A model generated the notes under the pieces. That model worked only from the letters and a program-made list of their open reading frames with translations. It was not told the origin of the DNA and did no database searches. Of a stretch of 64,000 nt of DNA, positions 44,064-56,000 are shown in pieces (the first letter of the stretch is position 1; every line of letters starts with the position of its first letter). The translations under genes and the position numbers were made by a program. Origin of the DNA: Balanoglossus misakiensis (taxonomy: Eukaryota; Animalia; Hemichordata); NCBI GenBank assembly GCA_040954595.2, contig CM082577.2, positions 17,181,903-17,245,902 on the forward strand. The letters run 5' to 3'.

Positions 44064-47000
44064 AACAAACACAAACACACACACACACACACATATACAC
44101 ATTGAATACACATGAATTTTCGATATTACCATAAGTGATAGTGTAAGTATTCTTCCCGGTGACAGTCGTTGTAGAACTAAAACACAAAGGAATCCCTATA
44201 TCTCTGCTCCAATCGAGATCACTTGGCTCTAAAATAATCTTCTTCTCATCACCATTTGCATTTCTTTTTGGCCTCATTTGAGTTCCGTTCGTAAATTGAC
44301 TGTTATTAAAAATAGGAAAATATTTGAGAGGAACTAATGTAAAAACCGACTTTGTTACATTACTTTTAAATGCGCTGCGATGGCTCCATTTTAAAACTCT
44401 CTGTTCATAGTTGGATTGACGTAGGAGCCTTGCGCTGGAAGTGGACTGCTGGTATGTCCGTCCATTAGCAACATTCAGATCAAGTGAGTGAAACTAAATA
44501 AATTATAACGTAATTTGTGAACTATTTTCATGATATTATTGTTTAAATTAACACAAAGTGTTAATGCAACCTTCTATTTAAGTCGTAGGCTACAGTGTTT
44601 TAGTAAACAAATTAGTTAAACAACATAGCTGCAAGCAGCAATGGCGGGGCCCAAGGCAGACTCGCACCAAGTATTTAACAGAATTTGATTCGTCCTTTTT
44701 ATTCAAATGAGATCAATTTTTAACTTTTAAACTAGATGTCTACCAGGTCATATGACCTGATGCTGCAAAACATTACTTGCGACGAGTTTTACATATCTAT
44801 CAAATATTCAAGTCATTGCGTGCAACGGTCTTCGAATGGCGGATGCATTTAGCACACCGAAGCAGAATAACAAAAAAACAACACGATTTCAAGAGGGTTT
44901 CGAGACCCCCCCCCCCCCCTTGGTAATAATACAATTGGAGAGCAATAAACCTTGAGATCGTTCCCACATTTTCCTCAGTGTGCGTAAATCGATGTTGATG
45001 ATTTTGGTATGCCCTTAAGGCTTCATCTCGTACGCCACGATTCGGGTCAGTTACTGCAGTCTTAAATAATCGCCTGGCTGCCTGAAATATATCACAAATA
45101 AGGATTTACAAAGTGTATATGTCAATCTATAATCATTATGGCTTGTTTGAAACGAATGAAGTGTGTAAAAGTTGACCTTAACAAGTGTTTTCTTTCATAT
45201 GTTGATTAATATCTTGTAGACGTACCTGTTAATATTGTGATCAAACTTGCATTAGCTATTGATATGTATTACTATTTTGTTTTATTAAAGGGAGCTTACT
45301 TCAGGAAGTTGTATCCTGGCCATGGCGTTCACGGCAGCTCGTCGGATCTCTGCAGGGTATTTTGGGTTGACTAAATAGGAAGTTATCAGCTCGACTGAGG
45401 CTACACTCTCAGCATTACCGAGGGCGAGAAGCTTTGTCACGGTCTCGCGAATCAGCATACGATAGTCATCTACTGGGATACTTTGTTTCATTTTGGAGAA
45501 ATCTGCAAGGATCAATATCCGATCATTCTAACCATGGCCATTGTAAGATTGTCGTTTAGTTACATACTGTTGTGTGAATAAACACGCCATATATTCATTG
45601 CAGGTTATGATATTATATGTTCACAAACCATTCATTCTCACTCCAAAACTTCTGAACGGTAATACCGTGGATGAACGGTAATACATTGTGGCTATACATA
45701 CCGGTCGTAGTAGCACTTTCATCTAAATGTCCCTCTATTGTTTCAATTAATTCATCTGATCTTGGGTCACCTAGCTTCCGAAGAGATTTTGCAACAGAAC
45801 CCAAAGTCAAAATCGACTGCATCTTCAAATCATTTTGGTCCAAGTTATCTATAATCAAAGCAGGGAGTAGAAATTAATTATCAAGTTCGATCTCAGTTGG
45901 TAACGCCTATAGCATGTGTCCCAAAATGACACTATAATTTCGGAAATACATATTAAATATAAGCACGTGCATGTCAGCACAGACAACATTAAGAGACAAG
46001 AATAAGAGTACAACTTACCACGCAATTTCGGCTTGTTATTCCACGCCATATCGCCTAATGTTTCAATTAACAAATCTGGAGGTCTCTGTTTCAGCCGAAT
46101 AAGGCCTATCAGTGTGTGAGAAATTACTTCCCGGTCCGGATGTCTTGATAGCAACACTTTCTCTGTCAGCAGCAGCTGGGATTTGTAGGACGAAACAGCC
46201 CCTAATACACTAATCATGTTGATGGTGTCCAGCCGTTCACCTTCATCCTGGATTACTTCCGGGATGTACAGATCACATACGTAGGACAGACTGTCATCAG
46301 ATAAACGAGACAGTGTGTTCTTCAAGTGGCGAAAGCAAGTGAGCGACATTCGTCGATCTGGAAAAAAACCCGCAATTTTCATATTTACAATAGCACAGTG
46401 TCACCGTAACTCACATGATCATTATCGAACACACTTTTTGACGGTAATATTGTCAATTAAGCGTGATGTAATATTGTCAATTAAGCGTGATGTAATAAAT
46501 GTCAAAGACTTAAGTCTGAATCGTATAGTCGACACAATTTACAAGAAAAAATGTAAACTAAAACCTTGTCAGGTCACGTGACATAAGATCGGGTACAGAA
46601 ACAAACCTCATAATTGGGGTAAACCAGATCAAAATTTTCCTATTTCATAACAGAACAATTCGAATGTCATTGACTGAAGGATCGCGATGCGCAAGTTTGT
46701 GCTCTTGCTAAGTTTTCTTGCACCCCAGTCTATATATCGGGAGTGTTGAAGAGAGCGCCCTCAGTGGTAATTGTTGTTTGTCATGACCAAGGTAATGCCG
46801 ATGACTTACTGCAACCAAATATCACGATAACGAGTCCAAACGCATCGGTAGGCATAATCTGACGCGTTACAAATTTAAGGCCTCTGTTCTAAAAAAATAT
46901 TAAGCACCCTCAAGTAAGATGTAATATCATTGTCATATTAGGTAGAAGTAAATAAGCACAATAAGAGAAATCCTCTTAACATCCAATCGGATTTCGCATT

Positions 47001-50000
47001 TGACATTATTTTCCAAATGTAAGTTTCCTTCTGCCGGTCCTTTTCTGTTCTGCTCACTGGAGCGGGACACAGAAAAATAATGTGACGTCATGAGCCTTGA
47101 TTAATTAGTCTATAACTTGCCTGATTTCTTATGTAACCGCATACACGTCATGTTTCCTTTTATGTCTTGGAGAACCAACTGAACCGGAAGATGCGGTTCA
47201 GGCACCTACATGTATATAAATATCAGTGTGATATAGTTTGGTTTTAGGGCTTCTTAAATAATTGCAGTACACAAAAGTTTAGGGGAATTTTACACAATAA
47301 TAAGACAAAGATGTGTTTTCAAACAATAAGACAAAGATGTGTTTTCAAACAATAAGACAAAGATTTGTTTTCAAACAATGCGTATAACAATCCGACAGTT
47401 TCAGCAACTCAGTCGGCAGATTATTCCGGCGAACACTTCGACAGTTATGAGAAGTTTAAAAGCGCCTAGCTCGTCTCACACGCATGTTCCAACTGTAGCC
47501 GCTGGTTACAGACGTTTAGTGAACAGTCAATCCCATAAGGCAGTGCTCTGTCCTAACAACAGAGAAGATGGCGGCGACCATAATCTGTGTCGGAGATCGG
47601 GAAAAGACACTAGCTTGGGTGAAAAGGAGGGACAAAACCAGAATCTACGGTGCGCATGAAATACGGAAGGAAGCGAAGGCAGTCCACTATTTGAATGCAT
47701 CGAACGGAAAATTTGCTCGGAAGTTACGCGCATGCGCGTGAGACGATCTATTGCCGTCAAGTCATATACAGGTATAAACTATTAAAGAGTTGGGGGTCGT
47801 CCCCTGCGGCTGTGGGTATTGATGGCCGTCTCTTACGACATAGTTACTGGCAAGTTAAAGTTGGCTACAATGTACATCATTGCAAACAATATGGTGGTTA
47901 TTTATGGCCAGGAAGAAAAAATAAATTGTTCATCGGAATCGCCGCTTCTACTTTGGCTGATTTGGAATTTTTTTTTTTGGATCTCGGCAAATTCTTAGTA
48001 CTGCTGCTGGTGGCCAGAATATGTTGTGCACACACCAACTATAAATGTAATGGCCTATGTTATTGTTGGGAAATATAGTATTGAATTCAGTTACAAGTAC
48101 ATGTATCAGTGTTTTTGTCTGAGATATTTCTGGTAAAAAGGGAAACTGCAATTATATCGCCTTGTCTGCATCCGTGCAAATATGCCAGGGAACCGCATTT
48201 ACCTTCGGCCTAAAAAATTTTTAAAAAATTTCGCTCGCCGCTCCTGGAACTAGGTCCAAAAAATCCGATGAACAAGATTTTTATTCTCTCTGGCCTAAGC
48301 AATAACCATTCGCCAGGGGCGGATATACATCACATGCACCACCAGATATCCGCGACAAATATGGACGAGCCGCAGGTAAGTGCATAGATGAGTTACAATT
48401 ATGCTATATTTAGTGGCATACCCACCACTCGGGAGAAGGGTGTTGCTATCAACTCCAGTTATGGTCGTAATTAAAGACTTCTGGGACATTGTTTTCTCGT
48501 AACTGTCTTCAAACGAAATGGGCTGGAGTGGGATACGAAAAATACTCACATTCTTTGTTGCCAGGTTGTCTTCAACGAGATCGTCCGGTATGTCATTTTT
48601 GTCGAACACGCTCAATGCCCGTCGCGTTTCAATCAACTCCAGTTTTGATTGTGACGTCAGATTAGTTGGCGGCAAAACTGAAATACACAATTATAATTTG
48701 ATTTTATGAGTAAATGCTTCATCCGTAATGTGAGTTTGACCCGAAGTACATATCAAATAACACAGCTACACAAGTGATGAACTTTAGAATTATTCACCTG
48801 GAATAATCTCTTCATTCGTCACGGAGGATGTCGAGTCTACGGACCGTTTCTTTGGCTCTTTATTTGCAGTTGTCCTGCAGAAAGAGAGAGTTTGATAGTA
48901 TGATCAGCCAAACAATCACAAAGGAACTAGAAACATTAAACTTTAATGTAAATTTCGACGTCAATGTACAAGTGAATACGCTTTCTTTTCTGACGTAATA
49001 CACCACCTTCTACCTAACCGACGGAATTATGAATCCTTACCTGGGTTCTTTTACGTCGTACCTTGTTACAAGATGCTCCTGTGTTTCCACAGTATGGGGC
49101 ATTTGAATATCACCGTCATAGATGATTGACTGGATATGAAAGTCAAATTTACAGCATTTTAGTTGATATGCTCAAGTGGGATTCCTCATCAGAAGGAAAT
49201 AACAATAGGAAAACGTTCAATATGTTCTGCGGAACGTTCTGGCCAGATTGACCAAACTTAAGTTATCGCCGCCGCCACCACCATCTATGACGAAATTCCG
49301 AAATATCAAAATGCATGAAAGGCGGCATGCACAACACATTTAATTCATGTCGCTTTTGCATTAAGTACGATACATCCAGCTCACCCTAACTTAAAAGTCA
49401 GTCCTGAAAGGGAGGAAAGTTCCGATTCAACAGCTTGAAAGAGATATTCAAATTTCGCCATATAAAGTGTATAACGGGACTCACCTTCAAGTGTCCTCTT
49501 CCCAACATGGTGTCATTCCAATCTGCAAGCTCTTTGGTAAATTTAATTCCCTTCTCGTGTGGTCTTGCAGTGTAATTGAATGTTGTGTCTCCTTCAATGT
49601 AAATAAAATGCACAAAAACACAATATTTAGATCGATGACATCAAATGACCTGTTTATTACATTGTTCACGATATTGTTCTTAATTTTCTCAATTTCCTAT
49701 TTTTACAACCTACGCACAGACAACCAGTCAAATTTCACGCAGGTTCTTGGTGTCTCGAGACCTAAAAGTTAATCGAAAATCAATGTTCAAATGTAGTTGC
49801 AACAGTGCAATGTGCTGTTTGACACAAAGGTAATATTTGGTGGAATACCCTGTTAGATAAAGTCCGCACACCTAAACGTCATGTAAAAATGTACAATACT
49901 GCAGTCATCAAGAATTTAGACTACCTTCGTGAATGTTTTCATTAACTTGATAAAACCAGTTGTGACTGGATTCAGCTGTCATTGCAGTTGAATGTAGCTT

Positions 50001-53000
50001 TGCTGAAAACTGTCCAATCAATAACTTCTTAATGTTGATCACTTCAGGATCTTCCTCTTCAGGATAATAAACTCTCAAGATCTCGCCATGGTGGGATATC
50101 AAAAAGGAAAACCTGAGAGAGGGGGAGATTACAATAATCACAGTTTTATGCTAACATTAACATAGCTACAGCCAACCATGTGTTGGGGTCAAAGGTCAAT
50201 CTACATTGACAACACTAATCCGCCCCACTGCAAGGGGGAAGGGAAAAGAAAAGAAATGTAAGCACACACTGGCGGGAAGGTGAGGGCTCTCGGCGACAAC
50301 AGCTATGATTACAAGTGAAACAGTCTCGGCAACTATGAGATTATTTTTATCTCGCGTCGTTGGGTTTAGTTAATAGTTGAATCTAAAAACCTATACATTC
50401 TTTTTACAGGGTCGGAAACACAAACTTGGTTCAACTTACCATTCATCCGTGTCGATTGGATCCTCGTCATAATGAATGCTTTCTAAAACAAAATCGGATA
50501 AGAAATTGGAAATTTAGTAAGAAAATACTCCCAAAGGGGACACGAACGATTATAGGGGATTATTAGTCACACAGTGGCTAATTGAGTACTTTTTATGATT
50601 AAAGCCTCTAGAACGGCAGCATTTTGTATTATTTTGATGATTTTATTTTTCACCTTAAATTGGTCCATCTAAAAGAGCTTATTGATATGAGGTTATTACG
50701 AAAATACCGCAAAGTATGCACGGGGACATAAGCGCCAAGTATCGCCCCACGCGTAGCGTAGGGCGATGCGCTGCGCTAATGTCCGAGTAGTCCTGTTTCA
50801 TAAGTCAGGTCCATGACATATGTACCGACATCTGTGATTGGTCCATCTGGTAATCTTAGGTCCACTTGCGGCACGCTGATTGGAGGGACCTTATGTGTTA
50901 GGTCTTATCATTATGTATTATTCACTAGACCTTGTAGGTTAGGTCTTATTACTATGTATTATTCACTTTACAGCTCCTTGATTGGTTAATGTGTAGGTCT
51001 GGTCCTCCAGTGTTCACTGCCTCATTATGCAGGACCTTGTAGGTTAGGTCTTATTAATATGTATTTATTCAATTTTCAGCTCCCTGATTGGTTAATGTGT
51101 AGGTCTCCAGTTTTCACTGCCTCGTTATGCAAAGTCTTTTGTACTTTCTGAATACTGTTGTCGTATTCTGTCTGGCATGCTACCTGCGCGTGGTCGAAGC
51201 TCGCGATCGATCCCAGTGTATAAAGAAAGGCACTCATATAATGATTGGATTTCACATTTTCCTTCACACTATTCGTGGCATTTTATGTGAAACTGTGAAC
51301 TAGATACTCGAAATAAAAATTGCCAGGAGAAATTTCGCATTTATTTCCAGTGGCGGTTTGTTGAAATGGGCTAGTGTTTTGTTACGTAATGCCTTTCAGC
51401 GCATCACTTCGTGTAACATCTGGCCATACAGACTGACACGTTAACCAATCAGGGAGCTGTATGGTGAATAAATACATATTAATAAGACCTAACCTACAAG
51501 GTCCTGCATAATGAGGCAGTGAACACTGGAGGACCAGACCTACACATTAACCAATCAGGGAGCTGTAAAGTGAATAATGCATAGTAATAAGACCTAACCT
51601 ACAAGGTCTGGTGAATAATACATAGTAATAAGACATAACACATAAGGTCCCTCCAATCAGCGAGCCGCAAGTGGACCTTAGAGAAGCGGATAAACCAATC
51701 AGAACATGTAATACGTGTGCATAGGACCTGTAATGTAGGTCATTTTGAAACAGGACTAGTGCATATTTTGCGGTATTTTCGTAATAACCTTATTATTATA
51801 CATCTTACATCTCCGTTAGTTCTTGTGTTGCATGTTACTTGGCTTTCAAAACGCCCAAAATGCCGATACAAACGATCGAAAACCGCTCAGTTGACTCATT
51901 GAGCAGCCATCTTTCTTTTTTGTTTACGTACGTGCGCGTGCGTTGGAGTGGGGGTGTCTTGAAACCATTCACATAATAGCGCATACCTGTACACAGTCAG
52001 TTGGGGCGCCTTGAAACTAAAGGCTTATTTAACATGCGTTCCGTACGTACCGTTCCGTACGGCTTTTTTAGCGCACGCTAAATTCTATTGTTCTCGGTGC
52101 CAGATGTATAATAATAGGTGTTATACACGATCATCTGATCGACTCCAGATTGTGGCTGTATGTTGCAATTTGAATACGCTATATATTAAACGGGTGCTAC
52201 ACCCATTTATTCAGCCTCCATACAAACAGTACGCAGCTATCGTGGTATGCGTCGCCAAGAGAAGACAAACTGATGCAAATTGCAAGTAATATGGGTTAAT
52301 GCTGAGGATTTTAAAGGATAGGGAGAAGATTTGATTTATTTTAATGTGATAAAATATGTGAAATTTGGTGGCTCTATAGGCTTTAATATCAATGTGCTGG
52401 ATGTGGCATGCTGATCTATAGTTCAGTATCCAGCCCCTTAATATTAAATACGCGACTGTATTTTGATTAATTGTTAACATTAGGTCCATATAACACACGT
52501 TAATGAATAAACGACTATACTACACTAACTACTAATACATTGTAGTGGTGTGACCTTAGTTAGGACTGGAACTGTTAATTTCATTTGAGGGAGCTTTAGT
52601 TGCCAACAAAGGAGTTTGGTTTGTGAAAGAAAGTAAAAAAAAAAATTGTAAACGTATTTTTCTCATAACTACAGGCTCTGGATCTGGCTATAGAAGACAC
52701 GTCACACTGGTGACGGTCAGTCAAAGGACATCGGCCGACAAGCCGAACACCTGGTCTGCGTTCCCAATAAAAACGTCGTCGTACTCTGCAACTTTACACT
52801 ATTCTTGTTGCTGTCCTTTCACCCCACGCATCGTAACTATATCAGCCCTATTTATATAGGTCTGTCAACAACGTTGAAAATCATTCACATGAAACTGCTC
52901 AATGTTTAAGGACACTATACCAAAATGTATAAATGAAGGCATGTACTTTTTTTCTGAGCACATGTAATATTAGAATAGAATGGGCCTATTTAGGAAGTTC

Positions 53001-56000
53001 TAAGATCCATATTGAAATATGATGTTGGAGTTACAAATCAGTTCATCAAATCAAACAAATCATATCAAATCAAATAAAACACGGTACATATCTAATCCAA
53101 CAAGTTAGACAGTAAACGAAAAAAAATGCTAGTTCATAACATACTGCCATGTTCATGCCTAGTGAAACGTTCATTGAAGTCGTCCACTCCAACAGCACAA
53201 TGAAAGCCTTGAGGACGTTCTTCTACCAGGTGTATAGAAATCTAAAATGACAAAAATTGGATGAATAAGTTTCGAGTCATCATGTATGCATCGACGAGTT
53301 AAATGCACACAATGATCAAATTATTCTGTTTGTATAAATTGACACAGATTTGGCAAGAAGTGAATAATATGACAGAACTTCATGACCTCTGCGCGCGATC
53401 TGTGCAATATGGAATTTATTTTCATGAGTGAGAAGGTGTATTCTTCCGAGTATTTTTACGAGCGACAGCGAGTAAAAATGCAGAAGAATACACCTTCTCA
53501 CGAGTGAAAATAAATTCCATATTGCACAGATCGCGCGCAGAGGTCATGAAGTTCTGTTATTATTGCATATGTTTCCCCAGAGTTGACGAAAATCAAAGTT
53601 TCGATCGTGGCGTATTGATTTTCATTACAGTGATGCGCCAAAGGCTATGCAACCCAGAGAAGGCCGCTCATTGGCCAAAATGACGCAACCTTTGTTATGC
53701 AAAGAAGGGTCATGTGGGGTCATTCCATCAGTGGGTTACCTGGGGTCATGAGATCGCAGCGATAAATTTTGAAACACTGGCGATAGCGAGACATTTTCGT
53801 AATTTTCGAGGTTCCAAAACACACTGACAAATAAATGTTCTGTTATTCTGACGATAGTTGGGAAGGACAATAAAACAACGTGCCAGAATGTTGAAAAATC
53901 CGCATGTTTCGGCGATCATGTTGGCTCATTTCATCGGTGGTTTAGCTCAGGTCGCAAGATAGCATCGGCAATATTTGAGAAACTGGCGATAGCGAGGGAT
54001 TTTCCGAGGTTCCCAAACATACTGCCAATTAATGTTTTGTTATTCTGACATAATTTGGGAAGGATAAGACAATGACGTCTCCGAAAGTTGAAAATTCCCC
54101 ACGTTTCGGCGATCATACTCTAGCTCTGACGACGGCGTTCAATGTTTACAAACAAAACGTAGTCCGGCTTGTTTTTACTCATTTGCATATGGGTTGTGAA
54201 AAATACCACTTTGTCACGCGCACAACTAAAACAACAATCGGCTTTTTTGCGACTGAAATAAAACTTTTGTTATATCCTCCGGAGGTTTATATGAACTCCA
54301 AGTGATTGTGTAACAGAACGAGGGTTAAACTTTGAAAGATACGATCGATTGAAGGGGAAATGGGGGGATCTTATTCTTCTGGATGCTCATTTGCATATGA
54401 GCTTGCAAAAATACCAGAATTATTATTGCACGGGCCGCTTGGAATACTGTGGTACATATGCAATAATGTTCTATTAGACTGCCCTCAGGTGGCCGGCAGT
54501 GTACAGGGGAAATCCCCTTGTTGACCTGACCTGTACATGGTTTTGTCAAGTTAAAATCAACTACTGATAAGCACCGGCTTTGCAATTTGTGCAGATCACA
54601 ACTCTTGAATCAACCCCCAACCGGTCCAAATTATTTTCTTTCCCATCTTTTAATTATAATTTGGAAGGGGGGGTTGGTCATGTTCATACTGAGCATTTTC
54701 AGAGGTATCACTAATCTAATAACCAAGCGTAATTAATAACATCATGCAAACTTCCTTTAATATGCAGGGACAGAATGTCACTGAAACCATTCGCGATTGC
54801 GGCTCGAACATGGATAGACAGAGATCAATAACTCGCCCTATCTGCATCGCAATTATAATACGAAAGCTTGTTGCACGTAATCCAAGAGACATCTTCAAAC
54901 TGAACACACTTGTACCACGGTAGCAATGCCGTTAGTGGAATTTTCTCATAAAGGTGTACTGATTGTGTTGGTATTACGAGTGAAGTCGGCTCTACACTGA
55001 GCTGGTACAGGGAATGGGTCAAGTACTAGTTGGTTTGCGGTCCGTCATCGTTCGAGGCTTTTTTAATTTTGCTGGAGTTTGGTTCAAGATTATTTAAGAC
55101 TATCCGACAACTACTTTACAGAGACAATATCTAGCAACGATTTCTTAAGACTTCCAAATAAGTATGGTGGACAATTATTGATTGAGATCTCAGCGGGGCT
55201 CATAGTAGTGGAAATTAACACAATTACTCGAAGCTGCAATAGTTGTGTTTGTGGCGATGTATTTTTCAATTTCATTTTTTTCAATCTGATTTGTATGTAT
55301 ATACGTCAGTTTCTTAGTTTCTTATTCTTATCCATGAAGAATGATGGTATGGCTTGTGTTCAGTTTTTCATCACAGTCTCATACATGTACATTCAAGCAT
55401 TGGTATTGGTGAAAACTGAATTCAAGTCTGGACTAGAATTAATTTGTCGACGAAATTCTCATTGCAAATACATCACAGAGTATGTTGAAAAACACAAACT
55501 GTGTATTTTAGCATGCTGGCCAAGAAACTATATTTAAACAGGGCAAATGTATTGAACAAATGGCAGAAAATATGCCTTGGGTCATTAACAATCATTTTAA
55601 CGGACATTTTTTCAAATATATAGGATGCGTTCGCCTGGATCGGACTTGTATTAAGTTTCACGATGCAAAAAATAATGATGGCAGTGCTAGAGATTATTTG
55701 GGTTATCGTTAAACAATGTTGGTTAGATCGAATTCAGAAACGCAACAAAATCTAATTGTAGATCACAAACAAGCAGAAATATTTCTCCCTTCAAACAGTA
55801 GCATTTGAAGTATTTTCCTACATTTTGCCACTTTATTGCTCACTCTAAACCATTGTTTTATAGTCTCAATATTTTAGACATTTACAAACTAAGTAAATAT
55901 CATTGCACTTGTATGTTTATATATGATTTAAAAAATAGCAACCTTCCCCATAAAACTAAAGAATATTTCACAACTCCAACGCACTCCTACTCAACACGTC

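Noticed and set aside
43594-44277. Long ORFs with CMYV/VCVC repeats
   Set aside because: Translation through the (TACA)n/(CA)n microsatellite intron; only the two flanking exons are coding.
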